Source of the DNA: a bacterium
Lineage (GTDB): Bacteria; Desulfobacterota; DSWW01
Assembly (NCBI GenBank): GCA_040756235.1
Contig: JBFLZG010000033.1
Location: 1 to 64,000, forward strand
Length of the DNA stretch: 64,000 nucleotides
Reading direction: 5' to 3'
The notes under the pieces were generated by a model. The model was not told the origin of the DNA, searched no databases, and saw nothing but the letters and a program-made list of their open reading frames with translations. A program made the translations under genes and the position numbers. The first letter of the stretch is position 1, and the number at the start of each line of letters is the position of its first letter. Of this stretch, positions 49,845 to 59,980 are shown in pieces.

Positions 49845-51014
49845 ATGAGGTCTTCGGAGCCGACCATCTCCATGAAAGAGGAAGAACCCAAGATCGTCAT
49901 CACCGGGGCCACCGGATTCCTCGGCCGCAACATCCTTTTTCGTCTTCTCGAAAACGACAGGAAGCACCGTTTCTGCCTGATCGTGAGGGATCGAAGGGAC
50001 AAGAACCCCAGGAGTCGGCTGCATCGCATCCTGAGCACCCGGTATGACACCGACCAGGTCAAGGGCTTCGAGAAGCGGATCGATCTCGTGCCCGGAGACG
50101 TGACCTCGAAGCACTTGGGAATCGATGACCGCGCATACGCCCGTCTCGCCCACACCGTGGTGAGGATCATCCACGCGGCGGCCAAGGTGCCTTTCGACCT
50201 TCCACTGGACATGGCCAGGAACACGAATGTGGAGGGCACCAAGAACGTGCTCGATTTTGCAGAGACGGTCCACAAGACGAACAGCCTCGAGCGCGTGGAC
50301 CACATTGGAACCGCCTATGTGGCAGGGAAGCGAGGCGGTTTGATCCTGGAAGACCAACTGGACATGGGCCAGGAGTTCAACAACACGTACGAGCAGACCA
50401 AGTTCGAGGCGGAGATGGCGGTTCGGGAGCGTTGGAGAGATCTGCCGGTTGCAGTCTACAGGCCGAGCATCATCGTCGGCGAGTCCACGACCGGGCGAAC
50501 ATCGAGCTTCAACGTCATGTATTTCCCTTTGAAGCTCTATGCGCGGGGCATCTGGAGATGGGTGCCGGGAAGCCCGGATACGCCGTTGGACATCGTGCCG
50601 GTGGATTACGTCTGCAACGCCCTGGACTGCATCTCCCGGGAATCCGGGTCCGTGGGCAGGTGCTATCATCTGACCGCCAGCTCCAGCGCAACGACCTTCG
50701 GCACGGCCGCCAGGATGGCAGAGTCCTACTTCGGCGCAAAGCCCGTCTGGTTCATTCCTCCCAAGATTTACATGAACACGATTCACCGCGTGGCGGGAAT
50801 GCTCACATTAGGCCGGTTGCATGACACCCTGATGAAGGCCGCCCTTTATTTCCCTTACTTCATGAACAAGCTGCGGTTCGACAACAGGAACGCAGGGTCC
50901 ATCCTGGAGAAGAACGGGATCCGGGCTCCCAGTGTCGAGGACTATTTCGCCCGGATCTTCCAGTTCTGCATCGACACGGACTGGGGGAAGAACCTTCCGG
51001 AACGGGAAGACTGA
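49845..51014 (+). CDS. Extended SDR, fatty acyl-CoA/thioester reductase-like (NAD_binding_4)
   Basis: ITGATGFLG, GDVT..LG, IIHAAA.V.F, NVEGT, TAYVAG, NTYEQTK, RPSIIVG, VPVDYV. Confidence 0.85.
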   Translation: MRSSEPTISMKEEEPKIVITGATGFLGRNILFRLLENDRKHRFCLIVRDRRDKNPRSRLHRILSTRYDTDQVKGFEKRIDLVPGDVTSKHLGIDDRAYARLAHTVVRIIHAAAKVPFDLPLDMARNTNVEGTKNVLDFAETVHKTNSLERVDHIGTAYVAGKRGGLILEDQLDMGQEFNNTYEQTKFEAEMAVRERWRDLPVAVYRPSIIVGESTTGRTSSFNVMYFPLKLYARGIWRWVPGSPDTPLDIVPVDYVCNALDCISRESGSVGRCYHLTASSSATTFGTAARMAESYFGAKPVWFIPPKIYMNTIHRVAGMLTLGRLHDTLMKAALYFPYFMNKLRFDNRNAGSILEKNGIRAPSVEDYFARIFQFCIDTDWGKNLPERED

Positions 51015-51197
51015 GCCGCCCTCAGCTCGGCCCTGGGCAGAAGGAGACACACAGGGAAGCTTTACACCCGAGCCTGCGCCGTCCTAGTCTGTTCCCGGGA
51101 CGGCTCGTCCACAGCCCTCCCGGTCCGGCGGGCAAGAACGAACCTGCCGGCGCATCCACGCCAAGCCGCGGATCAAAGGACAAGGGAGGCCGCCAGC

Positions 51198-51449
51198 ATG
51201 GACATCCACGCCGTGACCTTCGAGCAACTCCTGGACATCTGCGCCTCTCTGGAAGATGCCGCCGAAATGAAGAAAACGATCGAAGCCCTCGAGCTGCTCG
51301 AGAAGAACGTGCGTTCTCTCCGCACGAACCTCGCCGGCAGGCTGCGGGAGAAGGAGCAGGTCGAAGGCGCACGCGCAGATGAGGAGCGCAAGGCCCGCAG
51401 AAAATCCCTGCGGGTCGTCCGGCCGGCCGGGGAAAAGGAGAAAGGGTGA
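51198..51449 (+). CDS. Small hypothetical coiled-coil protein
   Basis: AGGGAGG RBS; heptad-like charged helix; codon usage matches neighbouring genes. Confidence 0.6.
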   Translation: MDIHAVTFEQLLDICASLEDAAEMKKTIEALELLEKNVRSLRTNLAGRLREKEQVEGARADEERKARRKSLRVVRPAGEKEKG

Positions 51450-51450
51450 G

Positions 51451-51606
51451 CCGGCGCCCGACTTGCAGCTCCACTTCCTGCCGGGCATCCAGGAGAACCA
51501 CGGCCTGCGGGTTCGCAACCTGCTCCTTCATTACGGCTACTCGCTCCACGTCTGTTTCCTGAGGCCTTACAGCCGCGGGTTCATCGGGCTCAGGAGCGCC
51601 GACAAC
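51451..51606 (+). pseudogene. Fragment of a GMC oxidoreductase (choline/alcohol dehydrogenase-like)
   Basis: PDLQLHFLPG..NHG...GYSLHVCFLRPYSRG.I.LRSAD resembles the GMC C-terminal segment; no start or FAD-binding domain. Confidence 0.7.
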
Positions 51607-51629
51607 CGCATGTTGCGGTCCAGGGGGGG

Positions 51630-52958
51630 TCAGGGAAAAAGGCAGATTCTGATATCCATAACGTTCGTGTTGGTCGGGCCGGTCTTGAGCAGCTCGCCGG
51701 TGGCTTCGAAGAAGCGGTAGCTGTCGTTCTCCTCGAGGCGCGCCGCGGCGTCCACGCCCAGAAGCCGCCCCCGCTCCACCGTGCCGCCGTCGCAGAAGGC
51801 GCCGGCTGCGTCGGTCGGGCCGTCCGTGCCGTCCGTGCCGGCGCTGAGAAAGAAGATCCCCTCCTCGCCCCGGATGTCCAGCGCGACGGCGAGAGAAAAC
51901 TCCTGGTTGCGCCCCCCCTTTCCCGTTCCCTTCAGGGTCACGGTGGTCTCGCCGCCCGACAGGATGCACGCGGGCGGACGGAGCGGGCAGCCGGTTGCGC
52001 GGACCTCGCGAAAGATCGCTCCGTGGAGCCCGGCGGCCGCCCGGGTCTCGCCGACGATGCGGGTGGAGAGCACGAGCGGCCGGTAGCCCAGCTCGTAAGC
52101 CTTGCGCGCCGCGGCCCGGATGGCCAGCAGATTGCTCCCCACGATCCGGTTCGTGACGCGCCGGAAGACCTCCTCCCCCTGCTTCGGGGTCTCGGGCAGG
52201 AGCCCTTCCCTGCCCTGGCGAAGCAGCTCCAGGACCTTGCCAGGCATCCTGTCCGAAATCCCATGCTTCTCCACGATTCCCCAGCAGCCCTCGAAGCTCG
52301 ACCCGTCCGGCACGGTCGGTCCTGAGGCGATCGCGTCGAGAGGGTCGCCGACCACGTCCGACAGGACGAGCGTGATCACGGTCGCGGGCCAGGCCCTGCG
52401 TGCGAGCTGGCCGCCTTTGACTCGGGAGAGATGCTTGCGCAGCGCGTTCATCTCCGCGATATCGGCCCCGCTCGCAAGGAGCACGCGGGTGACGGTCTGT
52501 TTTTCCGCAAGGCCGATCCCGTTGGCAGGGCAGACCAGCAGGGCCGAGCCTCCTCCGGAAAGAAGGCAGAAGACGAGGTCCCGCTCCCCGGCCTCATCCA
52601 CGACTTCCAGAATCCTGCGCGTGGCCTCGATCCCGCTTGCATCCGGGACCGGGTGGCCGGCTTCGAGGATCTCCACTTTGTGCAGAGGGCAGACGTGCCC
52701 GTACTTGACTACGATCCTGCCTGCAGTCAGCCGTTCGGCCAGGACCTCCTCCAGCGCGCGTGCCATGGGGGCAGCGGCCTTGCCCGCCCCCACCACGAGG
52801 ATCCGTTCATACTCTCCGAGATCGAAGCTCGCTTGCCCCACCGCCAGGATGTCGCCCTTTCGCGTGACCGCTCGCCGCACCGCCCCGGCCGGCTCCACGG
52901 CCTCGACGCCCGCCAGGAAGATCTCGCGCAGATGCTGCCGGTAAACGGACGGATCCAT
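51630..52958 (-). CDS. Glycerate 2-kinase (MOFRL family)
   Basis: VGAGKAA..MA, EAGHPVPD, LSGGGSALL, RKHLS.VKGG, SDVVGD..IASGPT, GGETTV, GGRNQE, TDGTDG, GPT.TNVMD. Confidence 0.92.
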   Translation of the reverse strand: MDPSVYRQHLREIFLAGVEAVEPAGAVRRAVTRKGDILAVGQASFDLGEYERILVVGAGKAAAPMARALEEVLAERLTAGRIVVKYGHVCPLHKVEILEAGHPVPDASGIEATRRILEVVDEAGERDLVFCLLSGGGSALLVCPANGIGLAEKQTVTRVLLASGADIAEMNALRKHLSRVKGGQLARRAWPATVITLVLSDVVGDPLDAIASGPTVPDGSSFEGCWGIVEKHGISDRMPGKVLELLRQGREGLLPETPKQGEEVFRRVTNRIVGSNLLAIRAAARKAYELGYRPLVLSTRIVGETRAAAGLHGAIFREVRATGCPLRPPACILSGGETTVTLKGTGKGGRNQEFSLAVALDIRGEEGIFFLSAGTDGTDGPTDAAGAFCDGGTVERGRLLGVDAAARLEENDSYRFFEATGELLKTGPTNTNVMDIRICLFP

Positions 52959-53005
52959 GGGGCACCTGTAGGGGCGGATGGCCATACGCCCGTGCCGAAT
53001 ACGTT

Positions 53006-53845
53006 TCACATCTTCAGCAGGCGCGCCGCGTTCTCCCCCAGGATGCGGCTGCGGTCGCCCGCCGCAACGCCCGATTCGGCGATTTCCCGCAGGTAGCGCG
53101 AAGGGGCGATGAGCGGGTAGTCGGTGCCGAACAGGATCCGATCCGGGCCGATGATATCGACCGCGATCCGGTAAACCTGCGGCGCGTACAGGTAAGGCGA
53201 GGCGGCCGTGTCGTAATAGAGACTCCCGGTGAAGCGCCGCACGCTCTTCATGAGCTCATAGAAGAACAGGCCTCCGCCCCAGTGGGCCAGGATGAGGGGA
53301 ATCCCCTGCTGCTCCTCCACGAACCTCGCCAGATCCCGCAGCCGGATATCCATCTTGCCCGGGTAGGCGTGCCCGACCGGCTCGTTCGCATGCAGGACCA
53401 GAGGCGCCGACCGCTCGCGCGCGAGGCCGGCCAGGGAGCCCAGGTAACTCCAGCTCTTCCTCCCCATCCGGGACGTGTAGAAAGCCACCTCGCCGATTCC
53501 GGTGAAGCCCCTCTCGAGCCCGTTCTCGACGTCCCGGACCGAGGACCTCCCTTCGACCAGAGAAGGGGTGCAGAAGGCGGTCAACTGCTCGGGCGCGCGC
53601 TCCTGCGCTTCGAGCAGGTAATCGTGGGACATGCGGAGAATGCCCGGATCGGTCCACGGAAAGCCGAACACGACGGCCTTCGCCACCCCTGCGGCCGCCA
53701 TGGCCTCCCGGAGCTCCTCGGCCGTCGCCATCCGGGCCTTCGGGTCTCCATAGAGCAGTCCGAACGCCGCATCCCGGCGCGCGAAGGATGCGCGCTCCTT
53801 CACCACCTCGGGCGGAAAGACGTGGGTGTGGAAGTCGATGATCAT
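53006..53845 (-). CDS. Amidohydrolase family protein (Amidohydro_2)
   Basis: IIDFHTH, GIGE, LHANEPVGH.YPGK, LAHWGGG, YDTAASP, FGTDYPL. Confidence 0.88.
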   Translation of the reverse strand: MIIDFHTHVFPPEVVKERASFARRDAAFGLLYGDPKARMATAEELREAMAAAGVAKAVVFGFPWTDPGILRMSHDYLLEAQERAPEQLTAFCTPSLVEGRSSVRDVENGLERGFTGIGEVAFYTSRMGRKSWSYLGSLAGLARERSAPLVLHANEPVGHAYPGKMDIRLRDLARFVEEQQGIPLILAHWGGGLFFYELMKSVRRFTGSLYYDTAASPYLYAPQVYRIAVDIIGPDRILFGTDYPLIAPSRYLREIAESGVAAGDRSRILGENAARLLKM

Positions 53846-53928
53846 GTCCCTGCTCCCGGGCACGGCCCCGCGGGCCGCTCCCCGCCGGCTCCTGGGCGCT
53901 CCTCGCCCTCACCCCCGGTTCCCTTCCG

Positions 53929-53957
53929 TTGACAAGGGGCCACCGTTTCCATATAGT
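53929..53957 (+). promoter_or_regulatory. Sigma70 promoter of the acyl-CoA carboxyltransferase operon
   Basis: TTGACA-17 nt-TATAGT. Confidence 0.75.
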
Positions 53958-54100
53958 TGAATCCTCCTCTCCGTCTTTCCATTTCGAAGTCCCTGGCACT
54001 ATTTTCTGTGCGTCTCGAGGGAGTTGCTTGCTCCCGAGCGATTTCCGAACGCATTCCCATCCGTCAACTGCCCGAATGACATCATCAGGGAGGCCGAATC

Positions 54101-55711
54101 ATGGATGACGCCTACAGCACGGCAGACGAAAACCGGGAGCACTGGCTCCTGGAAGAACAGGCGCTGGCCGAACGGATCGAGCTGGCCCGGAACCCCGGCG
54201 GCCAGAAAGCCATCGACAAGCTCGCCCGCCAGAAGAAACAGCCGGTCCGGGACCTCATGGTCAAGCTCATCGACCCGGGCTCGCCCCTGCTCGAGCTCGG
54301 CACCCTTGCCGGGTTCGGCATGAGCTACCCGGACGTGGAGGACGTCCCCTGCGGCGGCGTGGTCACCGCCATCGGCAGGGTCCAAGGCAACTGGACGATG
54401 ATCATCGGAAACGACCCGCGCGTCAAGGCCGGCACGTATTTTCCGATCACGCTGAAGAAGCACCTGCGCGCCCAGGCCATCGCCGAGAACTGCGGCCTGA
54501 ACGTCGTCTACATCGCGGACTCCGGCGGGGCCTTCCTGCCCATGCAGGACCAGGTGTTCCCGGACGACGGGCATTTCGGAAGCATGTTCTACAACATGTG
54601 CAGGCTCTCGGCCAAGGGGTTGAAGCAGATCACCCTGTCGACGGGCGGGAACACCGCCGGAGGGGCGTACATCGTCTTCCTGGCCTGCGAGTCCGTCATG
54701 ATCCATCAGATGTCCTACTCTTTCCTCGGAGGGCCGCCGCTGGTCAAGGCCGCTCTGGGAGAAGAAGTCACGGCCGAGGACCTGGGCGGCGGGTACGTGC
54801 ACACCCACATCTCGGGCGGGGCGGATCACCTCTGCATGACCCAGGACGAGGCGATCGAGCGCGTGCGGGAAATCCTGGCCCACGAGCCGCCACAGACGAT
54901 CCACATCGACCGGCGCGAGGAAATCCCTCCCTATTACCCGATCGAGGCGCTGTACGACATCCTTCCCCGGAACATCTATCGGGCCATCGACGTCCGGCAC
55001 GTCATCGCCCATATCGCGGACGGCTATCCTTTCCGGGAGTACAAGAAAGACTACGCGCCCGGCCGGGGTGACAACATCGTCTGCGGCAAGATGTTTCTCA
55101 AAGGGATCCCGGTGGGCGTGATCGCGGCCAACAACAACGGCATCCTCTTCTACCAGTCGGCCCAGAAGGCGACGGAGTTCATCATCCGCTGCGCCAAGGA
55201 CAAGACCCCCATCCTGTTCATCCAGAACTCACCGGGTTACATGGTGGGCACCGAGAGCGAGCACGCCGGGATCGGCAAATGCGGCGCCAACATGGTGCGG
55301 GCCGTCTCCAACGCGGCGGTCCCCAGGATCCAGCTGGTCATCGGGCCGGACCACGGCGCGGCCAACTACGGCATGTGCGGCAGGGCCTACCGGCCCCACT
55401 TCCTGTTCTCCACCATGCGGGCCAGAACGTCGGTCATGTCCGGCCAGTCCGCGGCCTTCGTGCTCCTCACCCTGGAGAAGCGCAACCGGGAGCTCGAGGG
55501 GAAGAAGATGGGGCCCGAGGAAGAGGAGGAGTTCCGGCAGCGCATGATGGCCAAGTACGACGGGGAGGCCCACCCATTCTACTGCGCCGCTCGCCTTCTC
55601 ACGGACGGCGTCCTCCCGTTGCGCGACATCCGGGAGGTGCTGGCCACGGCCTTCGAGGTTTCCCTCCTCAGGCCGATGCCCGACTCGGTACTGGGAAATT
55701 TCCGTTTCTGA
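54101..55711 (+). CDS. Acyl-CoA carboxylase carboxyltransferase subunit (methylcrotonyl-CoA carboxylase beta-like)
   Basis: KKHLRAQAIA, DSGGAFLP.Q..VFPD..HFG, TAGGAY, GGPPLVKAA.GE, GAANYGMCGRAY.P, FRF C-terminus. Confidence 0.88.
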   Translation: MDDAYSTADENREHWLLEEQALAERIELARNPGGQKAIDKLARQKKQPVRDLMVKLIDPGSPLLELGTLAGFGMSYPDVEDVPCGGVVTAIGRVQGNWTMIIGNDPRVKAGTYFPITLKKHLRAQAIAENCGLNVVYIADSGGAFLPMQDQVFPDDGHFGSMFYNMCRLSAKGLKQITLSTGGNTAGGAYIVFLACESVMIHQMSYSFLGGPPLVKAALGEEVTAEDLGGGYVHTHISGGADHLCMTQDEAIERVREILAHEPPQTIHIDRREEIPPYYPIEALYDILPRNIYRAIDVRHVIAHIADGYPFREYKKDYAPGRGDNIVCGKMFLKGIPVGVIAANNNGILFYQSAQKATEFIIRCAKDKTPILFIQNSPGYMVGTESEHAGIGKCGANMVRAVSNAAVPRIQLVIGPDHGAANYGMCGRAYRPHFLFSTMRARTSVMSGQSAAFVLLTLEKRNRELEGKKMGPEEEEEFRQRMMAKYDGEAHPFYCAARLLTDGVLPLRDIREVLATAFEVSLLRPMPDSVLGNFRF

Positions 55712-55755
55712 GATTTCGACCCGAAAGACCGCCTCTGGCGCGAAGGAGACTGCAG

Positions 55756-56547
55756 ATGAGCGAACAGCCTGTTCTGCTCAGCGATCTGTCCGAAGGAATC
55801 CTCACCCTCACCCTGAACCGGGCCGATGCGCTCAACGCTTTCAGCCGCGAGCTCCTCGACAGGTTCGCCCTCGCGGTGGAGGAGGCGAACTTCCATCAGG
55901 AGGCCCGCGTGCTGATCGTGACCGGTGCCGGCGGCGGGAAGGCCTCCTTCTCGACCGGTGCCGACCTCAAGGAGCGGGCCACCATGTCGGAGGACGAGGT
56001 GAGGCGGTTCATCTTCAAGATCCGCAACACCTTCACGGCCCTGGAGAACCTGAGAAAGCCGGTGATCGCCGCGGTCAACGGCTTCGCCTTCGGCGGCGGG
56101 CTGGAGCTGGCCCTTGCCTGCGATATCCGGATCGCGGCCGCCGGCGCCCTGATGGGGCTCACGGAGACGAGCCTGGCGATCATTCCCGGCGCGGGCGGGA
56201 CGCAGCGGCTGCCCCGCATCGTAGGGATCGCCAAGGCCAAGGAGCTGATCTTCACGGCGCGCCGCATCACGGCCGAGGAAGCTCTGGCGATCGGGCTGGT
56301 CAACCAGGTGGTTCCGGGCGACAAGCTCCTGGAGACGGCGCGCAAGCTCGCGCTCCAGATCTGCGAGAACGGGCCCATCGCCATCCAGCAGGCGAAGTTC
56401 GCCGTCTCCAAGGGCATGGACGCGCCCCTCGAGGTGGGTCTCAACATCGAATCCAATGCCTACTGGCTCTGCATCCCAACGGAAGACCGCCAGGAAGGGC
56501 TCCGGGCCTTCCGCGAGAAGCGCAAGCCCCGATATCAGGGGAAATGA
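55756..56547 (+). CDS. Enoyl-CoA hydratase (methylglutaconyl-CoA hydratase-like)
   Basis: LNR..LNA, GADLKER, AVNGFAFGGGLELALACD, ETSLAIIPGAGGTQRLPR; AAGGAG RBS. Confidence 0.9.
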   Translation: MSEQPVLLSDLSEGILTLTLNRADALNAFSRELLDRFALAVEEANFHQEARVLIVTGAGGGKASFSTGADLKERATMSEDEVRRFIFKIRNTFTALENLRKPVIAAVNGFAFGGGLELALACDIRIAAAGALMGLTETSLAIIPGAGGTQRLPRIVGIAKAKELIFTARRITAEEALAIGLVNQVVPGDKLLETARKLALQICENGPIAIQQAKFAVSKGMDAPLEVGLNIESNAYWLCIPTEDRQEGLRAFREKRKPRYQGK

Positions 56548-56661
56548 CAGGCGGGATTTCCGAGAGATTTCGGTAGCTTCAACGGAAGGGGTGGATGGCT
56601 TGTGTTGCAGGCGGTTCGGGGACAGCCGGTCGCCGCCGCCTGCGAGGGAGGAGGGTTGCTC

Positions 56662-57852
56662 ATGAAGACAGAGCACGACTACTGGAAGATTTTCCCCAGG
56701 ATGCCGAAGAAGGTGATGGTCGGCGACATCACGATCCGCGACGGGTTCCAGCACGAAGAGAAATTCATCTCCACGGCTGCGAAGATCTTCTACGGCCAGG
56801 AGATGATTCTGGCCGGAGCAAAGGAAATCGAGGTCACCAACCTGGGAAGCGTCGCGGCGATCCCGCAGTTCAGGGACGCGGAACAGGTCCTCTCCGCCCT
56901 CCGAGGAGACGACTTCAGAAGACGATGTGAACGGGCGGGAATCCGGCTCGACGACGTCGTCATGAGCGCCGTCACGATCCGCGAATCCGCAGTGGACCGG
57001 GCCGTCGAGCTCCAGGAGAAAGGGATCGGACCGGACCGGGTCCTGATGATGGTCTCCACCGACCCGGAGCACCATTTCGCCAACTCCGGCACCACCCTGA
57101 GCCAGTACTGGCGCGAGGCGGAGCGGTGCATCCGCAAGGCGCGCGACCACGGCATGAGGATGTGCGGCACCGTGAGCACCATCTGGGGCAGCCCGATCAG
57201 CGGCGCGACCGACATGAAGGACGCGGTCGAGTTCACCAAGCGTTGGTTCTCGATCGGGGCCCACGACATCGAGCACGCCGACCATGACGGCTCCGCCAAC
57301 GCGGCCGACGTCTACCGCTACTTCTCCATGGTCCTTGACGCCATGCCGAACCCCGAGGCCCATCTCTGCCATCTCCACGAGACCAAGCGCATCGCCTCCT
57401 CCTCGATCCTGGCAGCCCTGCAGGCGGGGATCGCCCGTTTCGAAGGGACCCTGGGCGGCATGGGGGGGCAGCCTGCCAACTTCATGGACGACTGCCCGAT
57501 ACGGGGGACAGGCGAATACTACTACAAGGACCCGCGCTACGTTGGCCTCGTCTGCCTGGAGGATCTCCTGGTGCAGATCGACGAGCTCGGCATCGAGCAC
57601 GGCTACGACATCGACCGGGTCCTGTGGCTCGGCGCCAAGATGGAGAGGACCATCGGGCGCAGGCTCCGTTCGGAAGCGGTCGTCAACGGCCGCACCGAGA
57701 AGGCCGGGCACCCGCGCTTCGGCCGTCCGGGCTTGAAGAAGCTGATCGAGAAGCTCGGCGAGCAACCGGGCACGCTGGTTCCGCCGGAGTGGAGCGCCGA
57801 GGCGATCCTGCCCGAGAAGTACGGTCCGGCGGATCCGTTCTGGAAGAAGTAG
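56662..57852 (+). CDS. HMG-CoA lyase-like DRE-TIM metallolyase (long form)
   Basis: DITIRDGFQHE, ADHDG, CHLHET, TLGGMGG, EDL; GGAGG RBS. Confidence 0.8.
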   Translation: MKTEHDYWKIFPRMPKKVMVGDITIRDGFQHEEKFISTAAKIFYGQEMILAGAKEIEVTNLGSVAAIPQFRDAEQVLSALRGDDFRRRCERAGIRLDDVVMSAVTIRESAVDRAVELQEKGIGPDRVLMMVSTDPEHHFANSGTTLSQYWREAERCIRKARDHGMRMCGTVSTIWGSPISGATDMKDAVEFTKRWFSIGAHDIEHADHDGSANAADVYRYFSMVLDAMPNPEAHLCHLHETKRIASSSILAALQAGIARFEGTLGGMGGQPANFMDDCPIRGTGEYYYKDPRYVGLVCLEDLLVQIDELGIEHGYDIDRVLWLGAKMERTIGRRLRSEAVVNGRTEKAGHPRFGRPGLKKLIEKLGEQPGTLVPPEWSAEAILPEKYGPADPFWKK

Positions 57853-58275
57853 ATCGAGGGCGAAGGGCTGCAACGGCCAGATGCAGGGCGAATGATCATT
57901 CGCCCCTGCAAAGCACCCCGGTAGGGTGGACAAAGCCGAAGGCGTGTCCACCAGCAAGGGTGCACCCCGCGAGCGAGGGACCTTCGTTTGGGAGCGCGGT
58001 GGGTGTGCCGCACGAGAGAGACGAGGGCGAGTCGCGACGGCCGTCCCGAACTCCGACAGGCCGGTGGAACGCAGCGCTGTTTCTCTGATACCGTACCCGT
58101 CAGGCGCGTGTGCCCCGATACACCCGGTCCGGAGCGAGGGACGAAAAGGCGAGAACCTGCCCGCAGGGCCGGGGTCTCCGACCCCAAGGAGAAGAGCCGG
58201 AGCGTTCTGAGCCCGAGACGATCGAGGGCGGTGCACCCACCGCGCTCGCCACGCCCGAGCGGCTTGCCTCCATAC

Positions 58276-59082
58276 CTACGAAGTGGCCTGTTGAGGCTGC
58301 CCATCCAAAAACTTGAGCACGGCGGCGTTGAACGCCGCCGGTGCTTCGAGGGCGGCGGCGTGGCCCGTGGGGAAGACCACGAGCTCCGCGCCGGGGATCG
58401 CCTTCCTCATGGCTTCCGCCGTGCCGAGCGCCATGAAGCCGTCGCGGTCGCCGGCGATGATGAGGGCCGGACACCGGAGGCGGCCGAGGTCCACGGGCGC
58501 GTCGATCGCCGAGACGATCGCTTCCATGATGGCCAGGTAATCGGACGGGTCGTTCTGCTTCTTGATCTCCTTGTATTTCCGGAAGAGCTCCGGGTCCCGC
58601 TGCTTGAGCCCCGGTGAGAAGGAAGCTTCGGCCATCATCTCCGATATGAGATCGATATCGCCCTGGCGCAGCAGCTCGACAAAGATCTTCCTTCGCTCCT
58701 GCATCTCCGGGCCCGGCGGCTCGCCGATGCCGCTATTGGCGAAGACCAGCCCCCGGACCTTCTCCGGGCACCGCAGAGCGACCTCCAGGGCGATTCTCCC
58801 GCCCATGGAATAGCCGAGCAGGAACGCGCGCTCGATGCCGACGGCCTCCAGCAGGGCGCGAAGGTCTTCCGCGAACAGCCCCATCGAGTACGGCCGGCCC
58901 CCTCCCCGGGTCTCGCCGAACCCCCGCACGTCATAAGCGAGCACCCGGTAACGCTTCGAAAGCTCAGGGAACTGGTTGAACCACATCTTCCGGTTGTCGG
59001 TGAACCCGTGGACCAGGACCACACAGCTGCCCTGCCCGGCCACGTCGTAGTGCACATCGATCCCGTTGGCCGCGATTTTCAT
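58276..59082 (-). CDS. Alpha/beta hydrolase
   Basis: LVHG, YDVRGFG, GYSMGG nucleophile elbow, GDRD, TGH. Confidence 0.9.
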   Translation of the reverse strand: MKIAANGIDVHYDVAGQGSCVVLVHGFTDNRKMWFNQFPELSKRYRVLAYDVRGFGETRGGGRPYSMGLFAEDLRALLEAVGIERAFLLGYSMGGRIALEVALRCPEKVRGLVFANSGIGEPPGPEMQERRKIFVELLRQGDIDLISEMMAEASFSPGLKQRDPELFRKYKEIKKQNDPSDYLAIMEAIVSAIDAPVDLGRLRCPALIIAGDRDGFMALGTAEAMRKAIPGAELVVFPTGHAAALEAPAAFNAAVLKFLDGQPQQATS

Positions 59083-59098
59083 GGGAGCCCTCCTGATT

Positions 59099-59980
59099 TC
59101 ATCTGCCGAGGAGAGCGCGGAGCTCCCGGGCCGCTGCCTCGAGCGCTGCCGGACAGATGCCCGTGTCGATCCCCATGGCGTCGAGGAACCGCACGACGGT
59201 TTCCGCGGGCAGGTTGCCGGCGGCCCCGGGCAGGAAGGGACACCCTCCGAGACCGCCCAGGGTGACGTCGAAGACGTCCACGCCGGCCTCCAGGGCCGCC
59301 AGTAGGTTGGCGAAGGCCCATCCGCTCGCGTTGTGGAGATGCAGGGACAGTCTGGAGCCGGCAAGGGAGCGCCTGCAGGCGTCGACCCGTTCGAAGATCT
59401 GTCTCGGGTCGCCGATCCCCGAGGTATCGGCCAGAACGATCTCTTCCGGGCCCTCCTGGAAGAGCGCGCTGGCTAGGTCCATGACCTTTTCGAGCGGAAT
59501 CGGGGCAGGCTCCAGGTGGCAGCCGAAGGCGTTCATCACGCCCGCCCGGACCCGCAGGCCCGCCTGTCTCGCCCCGCGGCTCACCTGCAGGGCTTCGTCG
59601 AGCGCCTCCCGGGTTCCCTGCCCCGAATTGCTGCGCGAGTGGGCTTCGCTTGCGGAGACGAAGACCCCGATCTCAACCACGCCCGCCTGGACGGCCCGGT
59701 CCAGCCCCCTCCGGTTCAGGACGAGAGCCGAGTACCGGATGCCCTCGACCGGAGGCAGGGCCTTCCACAGCTGCTCCGCGTCCGCCATGGCCGGAACCCG
59801 CTTCGGGTGGACGAACGAAGCGACCTCGAGCTCCCGGAATCCGGCCGCCGCGATCTTGCCGGCGAGCGAGGCCTTGGCCGCCACGTCCAGCAGGATCCCT
59901 TCGGACTGGAGACCGTCCCGCAGGGTCACGTCTCTCAGGCAGACGCGTCCGGGCGCTTCAGCCAGTGGATGCGCGATCAC
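59099..59980 (-). CDS. Hydroxymethylglutaryl-CoA lyase
   Basis: RDGLQSE, SFVHPKRVP.MAD, ASEAHS..N, AFGC, LADT.G, LHLHN, GGLGGCPF.PGAAGN; GTG after AGGAG. Confidence 0.9.
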   Translation of the reverse strand: MIAHPLAEAPGRVCLRDVTLRDGLQSEGILLDVAAKASLAGKIAAAGFRELEVASFVHPKRVPAMADAEQLWKALPPVEGIRYSALVLNRRGLDRAVQAGVVEIGVFVSASEAHSRSNSGQGTREALDEALQVSRGARQAGLRVRAGVMNAFGCHLEPAPIPLEKVMDLASALFQEGPEEIVLADTSGIGDPRQIFERVDACRRSLAGSRLSLHLHNASGWAFANLLAALEAGVDVFDVTLGGLGGCPFLPGAAGNLPAETVVRFLDAMGIDTGICPAALEAAARELRALLGR

